Assembly: GCA_016182605.1 (NCBI GenBank)
Contig: JACPGE010000074.1
Coordinates: 1,694-65,693, forward strand
Source: Candidatus Hydrogenedentota bacterium
Lineage (GTDB): Bacteria > Hydrogenedentota > Hydrogenedentia > Hydrogenedentales > JAEUWI01
Length of the DNA: 64,000 bases
Direction of reading: 5' to 3'
The notes under the pieces were generated by a model. It was given only the letters and a program-made list of their open reading frames with translations, was not told the origin of the DNA and did no database searches. The first letter of the stretch is position 1. Each line of letters begins with the position of its first letter. The position numbers were made by a program, and so were the translations under genes. Below, in pieces: positions 38,740-48,055 of the stretch.

Positions 38740-39717
38740 GTGATTAAGACACGCATTACCGAGTTCTTTGGAGTGGAGCATCCTGTCGTTCAGGGCGGCC
38801 TCATGTGGGTGGCCACAAGCCAGCTCACGGCTGCCGTCGCCAATGCGGGGGCCATGGGATTCATGACCGCGTTGAGCTTCGGAACGGCGGACCGCCTGCG
38901 GGAGGAGATTCGCAAGTGCCGGGATATGACGGACAAGCCCTTCGGAATTAACCTGACCTTCCTGCCCACGCTGACCCCGCCGGACTATCCCGGCTATATC
39001 CAGGTCTGCGTTGAAGAGGGCATCCGTTTCATCGAGACCGCGGGCAGGAACCCGGAGCCGTACATGCCCTACCTGAAAGAAGCGGGCATCAAGGTGATTC
39101 ACAAGTGCACCTCGGTGCGGCATGCGATCAAGGCGCAGAAAATCGGTTGCGACGCCGTGAGCATCGATGGTTTCGAATGCGCCGGGCATCCCGGAGAAGA
39201 CGACGTGACCTCGCTGATCTTGATTCCGCTCACGGCGGATGCGCTCACGATTCCCTTCGTGGCGTCGGGCGGATTTGGCGATGGCCGGGGCCTTGCCGGA
39301 GCATTGGCCCTGGGCGCGGACGGCATCAACATGGGCACGCGCTTCGTGGCGACGAAGGAAGCGCCGGTACACGGCAATGTGAAGCAGGCGCTGGTGGATC
39401 ACGACGAACTGAATACGCGCCTGATCATGCGCACGCTGCGCAACTCCGAGCGCGTATTGTTGAACGAGGCGGCGCAGAACGTGCTCGACATCGAGGCCGC
39501 GGGGAACGCGAGTATAGATGACATCCGGCACATCGTTTCCGGCAAGGTGGGTCTGGACATGATCCGCGAAGGCGACACCGAAAAGGGCGTGCTTTCAACG
39601 GGCCAGGTCATGGGGCTCATCCGCGATGTCCCCAGTGTTGCGGAACTCATTCACCGGATCGTGGGCGACGCGGAGTCGATCATCAAGCGCCGGCTGGCGG
39701 CAATGGCCCAGGCGTAG
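38740..39717 (+). CDS. Nitronate monooxygenase / FabK-like flavin oxidoreductase
   Basis: HPVVQGGL, TDKPFGIN, DGFECAGHPG, SGGFGDGRGL, MGTRF. Confidence 0.93.
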   Translation: MIKTRITEFFGVEHPVVQGGLMWVATSQLTAAVANAGAMGFMTALSFGTADRLREEIRKCRDMTDKPFGINLTFLPTLTPPDYPGYIQVCVEEGIRFIETAGRNPEPYMPYLKEAGIKVIHKCTSVRHAIKAQKIGCDAVSIDGFECAGHPGEDDVTSLILIPLTADALTIPFVASGGFGDGRGLAGALALGADGINMGTRFVATKEAPVHGNVKQALVDHDELNTRLIMRTLRNSERVLLNEAAQNVLDIEAAGNASIDDIRHIVSGKVGLDMIREGDTEKGVLSTGQVMGLIRDVPSVAELIHRIVGDAESIIKRRLAAMAQA

Positions 39718-39740
39718 GGCGGCGCGGCATCCCGGGAATG

Positions 39741-40547
39741 TTATTTGTGGCGTTCCAGTTCAATCTGGAAGCGCCTGGTCATGCTGCGCTCGTAGAAGCC
39801 CGGAGCGAGGCGGGAGACCCACCACGCCAGTTTGCCGGTGGTAGACAGTACCAGGAGACGTTTGCGTTTGCGCGCGGCATGGAAGATGGCTTCCGCCACG
39901 GCATCCGGCGATAGAAACTTGCCCGTGGTGGATCGGTCGAAGCCGAGCGGCTGCCCCGCGCTGTCCAGTCCCCTGTCCGCGAAGCGTGTGTCTACAAAAC
40001 TGGGGCAGACCACCGTGACGCCCACGCCGTGGCCGGCAAGTTCGCAGCGGAGGGTGTCGAAGAAGCCGTGGAGCGCGTGCTTGCTGGCGCAATAGCCGGT
40101 GCGGCCCAGCAACGGCGCGAAACCGGCAATGCTGCTGAGCACGACGATCTGACCCCTGCGCGCGACCAGCGCATCGAGGGCGCAGCGGGTCATGTGCACG
40201 GCCCCGAAAAAATTCACTTCCATCACACGGCGGTAAACGGACAGATCGTTTTCAATGAAGGGCCCGACCTGGGTGAGCCCCGCGCAATGCACCAGCACGT
40301 CGATGCCGCCGAATTCCGAACTGGTCTTCGCTACGGCCCCGACACAGTCCTCCGGACAGGTGAGGTCGCCCGCGATTCCGAGCACTTCCGCAGTCCCGGC
40401 GCGCAACGCTGCAGTTGCGGAGTCCACAGCCTCCTGACGCAGGTCGAAGAGCGCAATTCGTGCGCCGTCCGCGGCGAAACGCCGTGCAATGGCCATGCCT
40501 ATGCCGCCCGCGCCGCCCGTGATGAAGACGGTTTTCCCTCGGTACAC
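39741..40547 (-). CDS. Short-chain dehydrogenase/reductase
   Basis: TGGAGGIG, VNFFG, YCASK. Confidence 0.94.
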   Translation of the reverse strand: MYRGKTVFITGGAGGIGMAIARRFAADGARIALFDLRQEAVDSATAALRAGTAEVLGIAGDLTCPEDCVGAVAKTSSEFGGIDVLVHCAGLTQVGPFIENDLSVYRRVMEVNFFGAVHMTRCALDALVARRGQIVVLSSIAGFAPLLGRTGYCASKHALHGFFDTLRCELAGHGVGVTVVCPSFVDTRFADRGLDSAGQPLGFDRSTTGKFLSPDAVAEAIFHAARKRKRLLVLSTTGKLAWWVSRLAPGFYERSMTRRFQIELERHK

Positions 40548-40551
40548 GGCA

Positions 40552-41529
40552 TTACCCTTTGTGCCGGTTGTGGGCCATGTAAAACTCGAAGGCCTCCCGG
40601 CTGGTCTTGGCCGGAGTGAATCCGAAATCTTGCAGGAGCCGCGTATTGGACAGCACCGGGCGGTAGCGAAGAAAGTTCACCTGTTCTGGGCCATACTGCG
40701 TTGCGCCCACAATTTTGAGTGCCGCGATAGCCGCCTTCAATAAACTGGCGGGCACCTCAAAATAGGGCTTACCCAGCAGTCCGGCAATCTCACGCAGGGT
40801 GAGTGTGCCCGTGCCTGCGAGGTTGTAAATGCCGGCCGCGTTCGTGCGCAGTCCCAACAGAATCGCGTCTGCCACATCGCGATCCCAGACGAAAACAAAG
40901 GGCGATGAGGCGCCGGCGATGCCCATGATGCGTTTCTTGTGGAAGAGCGCCGTGATCTGGTTGCCGGTGTTCTTGCCGAGGATGGTGCAGGGCCGGAAAA
41001 TGAGCTGCTTCAGTTGGGGATGGGTCTCCCGGTAGCGCGCGAGCATCTCCTCCACCAGGCGCTTGTGATCCGAATAGGCAAATTCCGGATTGCCGCGGAG
41101 GGCATCGTCTTCCTTCAGGGGCACGGGATTGCTGGCATAGTAGCCGTAGGCGGCGCCGCTGCTCGTGAGAACGATCTGTTCCACCCCGGCGGCAATGCAC
41201 GCCTCCAGGAGATTCCCCGTGCCCTCCACATCGACGGAGTAGAGGAACGCGCGATCGTCCTTCTTGCCCGGGCTGACAACCGCTACCAGGTGCGCCACGG
41301 CGTCGATCCGGTGCGCAAGGAGTATTTCCCGGAGTGCACGGTCCCGGATGTCGCCGGTGATGTAGGTGACTCCCGCGATCCGCTCGTGCGCAGGGGTCTC
41401 CCGCACGTCCATGGCCACGAGCGCATCAAAACTCGCCCCGTGCTCGTGCATGCAGGCGAGGGTCTCTCTGCCGAGATAGCCCCCGGCCCCCGTGATGAGC
41501 ACCCGCCGCGCAACGCGATCGGCGGTCAC
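40552..41529 (-). CDS. NAD-dependent epimerase/dehydratase (extended SDR)
   Basis: TGAGGYLG, TSSGAAYG, YSDHK. Confidence 0.92.
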   Translation of the reverse strand: MTADRVARRVLITGAGGYLGRETLACMHEHGASFDALVAMDVRETPAHERIAGVTYITGDIRDRALREILLAHRIDAVAHLVAVVSPGKKDDRAFLYSVDVEGTGNLLEACIAAGVEQIVLTSSGAAYGYYASNPVPLKEDDALRGNPEFAYSDHKRLVEEMLARYRETHPQLKQLIFRPCTILGKNTGNQITALFHKKRIMGIAGASSPFVFVWDRDVADAILLGLRTNAAGIYNLAGTGTLTLREIAGLLGKPYFEVPASLLKAAIAALKIVGATQYGPEQVNFLRYRPVLSNTRLLQDFGFTPAKTSREAFEFYMAHNRHKG

Positions 41530-42449
41530 GGCTCAGCCCCTTCCAGCGCCAACTCCCGCGGGGGGTCGAGGGACCAGTACCATGCGAGCGGCAGCCCCAC
41601 GATGATATGCCACAATCCCCACGTTCCCGCGACGAGCGCCATGCCGCCCATGCCTTCGAAGAAACCGAAGATGAGGATGAGTCCGAGGGCGGAGTTTTGT
41701 ATGCCCACTTCAATGCAAACCGCGCGTGCATCGCGCTGATCCAGCCGGCAGAGCCGTGCGGCGCCGTAGCCCACCAACAGGGCTGTGGCATTGTGAAGGA
41801 TGACCGCCAGTGCGACGCGGTGAATGGTATTCACGAAGACGTCGTAGTTGCTCATGAACGCCATGACCAGGAAGGAAATGAAAAACAGAATGGAGAAGTA
41901 TTTGAAGGGACCGTGCAGACGCGCGCTGACTGCGGGCACGTAGCGGTTGACGATCATGCCCGCGGCCATGGGCACGCACAAGATGGTCAATACGGTGAGA
42001 AACAGCGTCATAAAATCGAGCTCCACCGCCTGCAGAATGGGGCGTGTGGACGGATTGAGGTAGCCGTAGATCTGCACATTCAGGGGCGTCATTACCACGG
42101 CCGCCACGGTGGATACGGCCGTCATGGTTACGGAAAGCGCCGCGTTCCCACGGGCAAGGTGGGTCAGGAAATTCGACATGTTGCCGCCGGGACACGCGCC
42201 GATAAGGATCATGCCCAGGGCGATACTGGGCGACGGCTGCAGGACCAGGGTGAGCAGGAAGGTGAAAAAAGGCAGACCGGCAAACTGCGCCAAGAGCCCC
42301 ACCAAGGGAGCCTTGGGCGACTTGAAGACTTTGGTGAAATCGCCGGGCGTGAGATCGAGCGCGATACCAAAAATGATCAACCCGATGAGCACGTTGAGAA
42401 AGATCAGGCTCTCGCTGGAAAAATTCAGCCGTACGGCATCGAGATCCAT
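41526..42449 (-). CDS. Bile acid:sodium symporter (BASS) family
   Basis: AQF..LP, CPGGNMSN, EVGIQNS. Confidence 0.93.
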   Translation of the reverse strand: MDLDAVRLNFSSESLIFLNVLIGLIIFGIALDLTPGDFTKVFKSPKAPLVGLLAQFAGLPFFTFLLTLVLQPSPSIALGMILIGACPGGNMSNFLTHLARGNAALSVTMTAVSTVAAVVMTPLNVQIYGYLNPSTRPILQAVELDFMTLFLTVLTILCVPMAAGMIVNRYVPAVSARLHGPFKYFSILFFISFLVMAFMSNYDVFVNTIHRVALAVILHNATALLVGYGAARLCRLDQRDARAVCIEVGIQNSALGLILIFGFFEGMGGMALVAGTWGLWHIIVGLPLAWYWSLDPPRELALEGAEP

Positions 42450-42472
42450 TCACCTCATCCTCGCAGGGTTGC

Positions 42473-44215
42473 TCAGCCCTTCGGCTCCTGGTGCATGTCC
42501 TTGAACTTGATCAGATTGGGGGCCCACATGTGCTTCACGGGCTCGACGTTCACCTGAATGACCGCACACGTGTTTGCCGCGCGCGCCCGCGCAATGGCGG
42601 GCCCCAATTCGTCGATGGTGGTGACGTATTCCCCGTGGGCGCCCATGGCCTCGCCAAGCTTGTCGTAGCGCATGGGCAGCAAATCGGCATTGATCGTTTC
42701 TTCCGGGCCGAGCGACTTGAAGAGCAGCGTCTTCAGCGGACGCAATGCAAAGGACTGGTTGATCTTGACCATGCCCCACTGGTTGTCCGCGCAAACGAGG
42801 TAGATGACCGGGAGCTTGTTGCGCACGGCAGTTTCAATTTCCTGCTGGTTGAAGCCGAAGGCGCCGTCGCCGATGACGCAATAGACCTCCCGCGAAGGCA
42901 GGGCCGCCTTTGCGCCCAGGGCCTGCGCCACGCCGGCGCCGAGCATGCCCATCTTGGGTGTGCCCAATACCGTGCCCGGGGTGTGGATGACGTGATAGAG
43001 GTTGGTCCACACCGCCGTGTTGCCGCCGTCGATAACGAGGATGGCGTCTTTCGCGAACTGTTCCTGGCACGCCCGGGCCACGTGGGCCGCGGTCAATGGC
43101 AGCGATTTCTCCTGAAACACCTTGTCCAGGCGCGCGCGTTCTTTTCGAAGTTCGCCCTGATAGCGTTCCACAACGGCCTTTCGCGCCGCGGGCGCCACAT
43201 GGCCTTCGCGCTTGAGGCGGTCGCGCAGCGCGGCAAGAAAACGGCGGGCACAGCCGAAGATGGCCAGGTCCACCGGCTTGTTCAACCCGAGAATGTCCTC
43301 GTCGAGATCCACCTGGATGTGCGTTTGCTCCGAGGCGTGCCGCCAATAGGGGGGCTTTCCCCACCAATCGGTCTCGCCCACGCGCGAGCCGAGCGTGAGC
43401 ACCACATCGGCCTCGTTGCGCGCGAGGTTGTTCAGATCGATGGCAATCATGGGCAGGGCAAGATCGCTGGTTTCCGGAATGGCGCCGCGGCCGCCCCAGC
43501 TCGTGCAGACGGGCGCCTGAAGCAACTCCGCCACTTCGAGCAGTTCCGCATGGGCCCGGCTGTGAATGATGCCGCTGCCCGCGTGAATCAGGGGTTTCGC
43601 TGCCTTGCAGAGCAGATCCGCGGCCTGGGCCACCAGCGCGGGATCGGGCTCGAGCGCCGCCGTGCGCCGGTAGTTCACGGCGCCGGGGATAACGACGCTG
43701 TCTTTGTTGTTGATCAGGCTTTCGGCAACGTCGACATGCACCACACCGGGGCGCCCCTGCCAGGATTTGCGGAAGGCGCGCTTCATGATCTCCGGTATCC
43801 GGCCAAACGTGGTGGCGGTGCCGCTCCATTTGCTCATGGGCTTGATCACGCCCACCTGGTTGAAATACTGGTAGGCGCCTCCGCGATCGGGATAGCCGAT
43901 GCCCAGTCTGCGGGAACTGGTGATGAGCAGAACGCGGTTCCCCTCGGCGTTCTCCACGGCAACGCCCGAGATCGCGTTCGCGACGCCCGGCCCATTGCTC
44001 GCCATGCACACGCCGAGCTTGCCGGTCACCCGCGCATAGGCTCCCGCCATGTGCACGGCGCAGGCCTCGTGCCGCGGTGAAATCAGGGCGATGCCGTGCT
44101 TGCGCAGGCTGGAATAGAACCCGAAGTACGTTCCGTCGATGATGCCGAATACGGTGTCCACCCCTTCATTCGCCAGCATCCGCGCCATCACCTCGCCACC
44201 GAGCATTTTGTCCAC
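42473..44215 (-). CDS. Thiamine diphosphate-dependent enzyme (acetolactate synthase / 2-hydroxyacyl-CoA lyase superfamily)
   Basis: GTG 44215 after GGAGGG; RHEACAVHMA, GPGVAN, GRPGVVH, GDGAFGF...DNQWGMV. Confidence 0.92.
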   Translation of the reverse strand: MDKMLGGEVMARMLANEGVDTVFGIIDGTYFGFYSSLRKHGIALISPRHEACAVHMAGAYARVTGKLGVCMASNGPGVANAISGVAVENAEGNRVLLITSSRRLGIGYPDRGGAYQYFNQVGVIKPMSKWSGTATTFGRIPEIMKRAFRKSWQGRPGVVHVDVAESLINNKDSVVIPGAVNYRRTAALEPDPALVAQAADLLCKAAKPLIHAGSGIIHSRAHAELLEVAELLQAPVCTSWGGRGAIPETSDLALPMIAIDLNNLARNEADVVLTLGSRVGETDWWGKPPYWRHASEQTHIQVDLDEDILGLNKPVDLAIFGCARRFLAALRDRLKREGHVAPAARKAVVERYQGELRKERARLDKVFQEKSLPLTAAHVARACQEQFAKDAILVIDGGNTAVWTNLYHVIHTPGTVLGTPKMGMLGAGVAQALGAKAALPSREVYCVIGDGAFGFNQQEIETAVRNKLPVIYLVCADNQWGMVKINQSFALRPLKTLLFKSLGPEETINADLLPMRYDKLGEAMGAHGEYVTTIDELGPAIARARAANTCAVIQVNVEPVKHMWAPNLIKFKDMHQEPKG

Positions 44216-44285
44216 GTTGATCCCTCCCAAGCGCACTTCCCAACCCACATGCATACACCCGCAAAATCCGGGTATACCATGAAGC

Positions 44286-45998
44286 CTATTGCCACAGCAA
44301 CCAGAACACCCCGATCATTAGCCCCACGCAAAGCCACCCCACCACGAAACCGGCAACGGAAAGGAGGCTTATCATTGGCATTTCAAAACCCATTCCGCGA
44401 AAAAGCGCCTTGCGTTCCCCCGATTCCGAACCGGGCGGAACGGTGCATGGCGCTTCAATGTGTTCGCCCGGCTGGACCGGCGTGCGGATGAGCCGGTAAA
44501 ATCGGTCAAGCTGTGCCGCGGGCGTGGGCCGCGAGACGGCGCTGACGATCAAGCCCGCGAAGGTGGCCGCACAAAGATAGGCCACAATCTGCCAGGGCAG
44601 ATAGGTGACCATTTCGCCCCGCTCCATCCAGACGAGCCGCCAAGAGTCCGCCACAGGCAGGCCGCCCAGCCAGGATACAAATGCGGGCCGTGTGGTGCCG
44701 AACCAGACCCCAAATCCCGTGAGCGTGCTCGCCCACGCGCCCAGTGCCGTATACGGCCGCCAGACAAGCCCAATCCAGAAGGAGATGCCCATCATCGGCG
44801 CGATCATGAACCAGATCTCCAGGGCCTTGATAACGTTGGGCACCCAAAAGGCAAAGAGGATGCCCCCAATCACCACCAGGACGCTGGTGATGCGGCCGAC
44901 AAGTAGATAGTGCGTATCTGCGAGGCCGCTGCGCAGGGGCCGGTAAATGTTCTGGGTGAAAAGCGCGGCGCTGGAGAGCATGTAGGCATCGCACGAACTC
45001 ATGACGCCGGCCAGCATCGCGGCGACAAAAAGGCCCAGCGCCCCCGGAATCAACTGCGGCAGAAAGGCCTGCGCCAGATCGCCGTAGAGCCGATCCGCGT
45101 CCAGCGCCTTGGGCGCGATGCCCTGTTGCGCATACCACGCCACCCCGGCGATAGCGGTGACACACCAGGCGATGGTGCAAAGCCGCTTGAGGAAGTTGCC
45201 GAACATCATGCCCACCCGGCCTTCGAACTCGGTCTTGCCCGCGCCGCAGATCCCCATGACGAAGGGCTGGGCGACGATGCCGATCAGCGCCTGCAGGGAC
45301 ATCATGACGATGAAGAAGCCCGTGATTTTCTCGGGCGCGACCAGGGAAAGCAGGGCGGGATCCAGCGACGCCTCAATCCCCGCGATGCCGCCCGCGGCCG
45401 ACAGCACGAAAGGCAGGAGCATAAAGGAGAAGACCAGCGTAAGGAGGCCCTGCACGGCATCGGTTACGATGGCGCCGGCGAGACCGCCCAGGGTGCCATA
45501 GAGGACAAAGAGCGCGGCGGTAATGAGTATGGCGGCATCGGCATTCACGGAAGCGCCCGTACAGGCCTCGATAAGGGCGCCCGTGCCCTTCAGGAGCAGG
45601 CCGGTCTTCACCATGAGGCTCGCGATGCCCACCACCGCGAAGAGCCCCGCCACACCGCGGTCGAAGCGAAGCGCGTAGACATCCGCCGTGGTCACGGCAC
45701 GGAAACGGCGGAAGAGGGGCGCGATAAGCCAATAAAAAGGCGTGACAAAGAGCCAAACCCACTGGTACCAGATGCCGGAAAGCCCGGATCGGGCCGTGCC
45801 GGAGGCCACACTGACCGCCTGATCGGAGGCCGTGCCCGTGCCGAAGGCGTTCATGAGCATCATCAATTTGCCAAAGCGGCGCGGCATGAAGAAGTCGCCG
45901 GTGCCAAGGGCGCCGCGGCCGGCCCAGATCCCGAGCACAGTCACCCCCGCAAGGTAGACCACCAGCACAAAAAGGTCCATTGCATGAAGTCCCAACAT
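44286..45998 (-). CDS. Sodium:solute symporter family transporter
   Basis: Many TM helices; GGLAGAIVTDAVQG; AAMLAGVMSS. Confidence 0.92.
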   Translation of the reverse strand: MLGLHAMDLFVLVVYLAGVTVLGIWAGRGALGTGDFFMPRRFGKLMMLMNAFGTGTASDQAVSVASGTARSGLSGIWYQWVWLFVTPFYWLIAPLFRRFRAVTTADVYALRFDRGVAGLFAVVGIASLMVKTGLLLKGTGALIEACTGASVNADAAILITAALFVLYGTLGGLAGAIVTDAVQGLLTLVFSFMLLPFVLSAAGGIAGIEASLDPALLSLVAPEKITGFFIVMMSLQALIGIVAQPFVMGICGAGKTEFEGRVGMMFGNFLKRLCTIAWCVTAIAGVAWYAQQGIAPKALDADRLYGDLAQAFLPQLIPGALGLFVAAMLAGVMSSCDAYMLSSAALFTQNIYRPLRSGLADTHYLLVGRITSVLVVIGGILFAFWVPNVIKALEIWFMIAPMMGISFWIGLVWRPYTALGAWASTLTGFGVWFGTTRPAFVSWLGGLPVADSWRLVWMERGEMVTYLPWQIVAYLCAATFAGLIVSAVSRPTPAAQLDRFYRLIRTPVQPGEHIEAPCTVPPGSESGERKALFRGMGFEMPMISLLSVAGFVVGWLCVGLMIGVFWLLWQ

Positions 45999-46076
45999 GG
46001 ATCTATGCTTCCCTTATACTTGCCCAAGCCTTTAGGGTTCGAGGTGAACATACCACAGTCCGGAGGAGAGGCACAC

Positions 46077-47105
46077 ATGAAAACGTACCGCGTGTTTCAA
46101 TTGGCCCTGCTCACCGTCCTCACGGTAGCTTCGATCGCCCCCGGACTGGGGGCGCAGGGGACCGACGCTTTTGTGGTGCGGAAACACCCGGGGCGGATGG
46201 ACATCCTGTTCGGCGAGTCTCCGGTGGCCACGTATGTCTGGGAAGATCCCAAAATACCGCGCCCCTACTTCTGCCAGGTGACCACCCTTCAGGGGATTCC
46301 GGTCTCGCGGACCTCGCCCCCCGATCCCATTGCGGACCGGGGAAACGAAGATCACCCTGAGTTTCACCCGGGGATCTGGCTCGCTTTCGGGGATCTCAAC
46401 GGGATGGATTTTTGGCGCAACCGGGCACGGGTGCGCCACGACGGCTTTGCGATGGAACCGGAAGCCAACAGCAAGCGCCTTCAGTTCGCCGTGCGCAATG
46501 TTTACGAGACGCTGGAAGAGCCGGCCACGGCAATCGCCGAGGAGCACTGCACCTACTCCTTCCAAACCGTGCGCAATGGCGTGCTGCTCGTAACGCAGAC
46601 GGAAATCAAGCGCATGGATGGCGCCCTCATTTTCGGCGACCAGGAGGAGATGGGATTCGGCGTGCGCATGGCCACCAAGCTGCGCGTAAAAGGCGGCGGC
46701 GGCCACTTGGTCAACAGCCGCTTTGGCCGCAGCGAAGCCGGCATCTGGGGCAAGACGGCCGACTGGTGCGCGGGTGACGGGCGCGTGGGCGACCGGGTGG
46801 CGGGCATGATGGTGATGCCGGGACCCGAGAATTTCCGGCCTTCGTGGTTCCATGTGCGCGACTACGGATTGATCCTGGCCAATCCCTTTGGCAAAAAAGC
46901 CATGACCGGGCCCGACGACCCCATGGTTTTTCCGGATCATACGGAGCGCAGCAAGGGAACCCCCATGCGGCTTAGCTTTGGCGTCTATATCTTTGACACG
47001 CATTGGACCCGAACGGGAGACTATCAAGAAATGTATATCGAATTCTTGAAGTGCCTGAAAAGTCTCCCCGAACCCAAGGCCGCACCCAAGAATACCGGGA
47101 ACTAA
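46077..47105 (+). CDS. Exported 'PmoA family'/DUF6807-like beta-sandwich protein
   Basis: ATG 46077 after GGAGAGG; signal peptide; PRPYF, DHPEFHPGIWLAFG, GFGVRM, WFHVRDYG...ANPFG. Confidence 0.75.
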   Translation: MKTYRVFQLALLTVLTVASIAPGLGAQGTDAFVVRKHPGRMDILFGESPVATYVWEDPKIPRPYFCQVTTLQGIPVSRTSPPDPIADRGNEDHPEFHPGIWLAFGDLNGMDFWRNRARVRHDGFAMEPEANSKRLQFAVRNVYETLEEPATAIAEEHCTYSFQTVRNGVLLVTQTEIKRMDGALIFGDQEEMGFGVRMATKLRVKGGGGHLVNSRFGRSEAGIWGKTADWCAGDGRVGDRVAGMMVMPGPENFRPSWFHVRDYGLILANPFGKKAMTGPDDPMVFPDHTERSKGTPMRLSFGVYIFDTHWTRTGDYQEMYIEFLKCLKSLPEPKAAPKNTGN

Positions 47106-47108
47106 CGC

Positions 47109-47966
47109 ATGAAACTGGGCCTTGTGGGATTGGGGCTGCTGGGAAGCGCCGTGGCGGAGCGCTTGCATGCCGCGGGCTGCATCGTGCACGGCTACGATGT
47201 GCGGCCTGAAGCGGTCCTTGCCGCAGCGGCGCTGGGAATACACGCGCATGAAAACGCGGTGGCGGTGCAGGCGCCGTTGGTCATCTTGAACTTGCTCACT
47301 TCCGGCGACCGCCGGACCCTGTTGTGGGGCGATCAGGCCTTCGCACAGGCGCTGCTGCCGGGCACCGTGGTGCTGGACACTTCGACCGGGGATCCCGCCC
47401 ACCTGGTGGAGGATCATCAACGGCTGCATGAGCAAGGGGTGCGCCTGATTGATGCCTGTGTCGCGGGATCGAGCGACGAAGTGCGCAAGCAGGAAGCCCT
47501 CCTGCTGGTGGGGGCTACGGCGCAGGAGATGGCGCCCTTTGCGCCGATCCTGGAGGCCATTTCGCGCCGCCAGTTCTACTTCGAAAGTCCAGGCCAGGGA
47601 TGCCGCGCAAAGCTGATCTTTAATACGGTGCTGGGGCTGCACCGGCTTGTGCTGGCGGAAGCGCTCGGGCTTGCGCGCAAGAGCGGCTTCGACCTGGCGG
47701 AGATGCTCTCCCTCTTGCAGGCGGGCGCCGCCCATTCCGCCGTGATGGACACGAAGGGCGTCCGGATGGTGACGGAACACTATGCGCCTCCCGTGGCGCG
47801 CCTTTCGCAACATGCGAAGGACGTGGATCTGATCCTGGCCTTTGCCGAGTCCGTGGGCGCCGATGTGCCGGTATCCAGGCTGCATCGCGATCTGCTCACA
47901 GAAGCGCTGGCGCTGGGCGCCGGGGAACTGGACAACGCCGCGATATTCACGCGCTACCCCAGGTGA
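47109..47966 (+). CDS. NAD(P)-dependent beta-hydroxyacid dehydrogenase family
   Basis: GLVGLGLLG, DTST, DACVAGS, AKLIFN, KDVDL. Confidence 0.9.
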   Translation: MKLGLVGLGLLGSAVAERLHAAGCIVHGYDVRPEAVLAAAALGIHAHENAVAVQAPLVILNLLTSGDRRTLLWGDQAFAQALLPGTVVLDTSTGDPAHLVEDHQRLHEQGVRLIDACVAGSSDEVRKQEALLLVGATAQEMAPFAPILEAISRRQFYFESPGQGCRAKLIFNTVLGLHRLVLAEALGLARKSGFDLAEMLSLLQAGAAHSAVMDTKGVRMVTEHYAPPVARLSQHAKDVDLILAFAESVGADVPVSRLHRDLLTEALALGAGELDNAAIFTRYPR

Positions 47967-48055
47967 GCCGCCACTGCGTCGTCGCGTTGCCCCGCCCGCA
48001 TGCCTCTGATAAACTGTTTCCCGCGAACCCTGTGCACATTTCTTGTGGTACCGCT

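Noticed and set aside
44910-46076. N-terminal extensions in the ORF track (also 4229, 13588, 17014, 20062, 30683, 38756, 50305, 62149)
   Set aside because: They overlap other genes or intergenic DNA; downstream starts fit the RBS positions, signal peptides or family N-termini better.
46077-47105. Particulate methane monooxygenase subunit
   Set aside because: Soluble exported protein without the multi-TM pmoA pattern and with no pmoB/pmoC neighbours; the family name is misleading.
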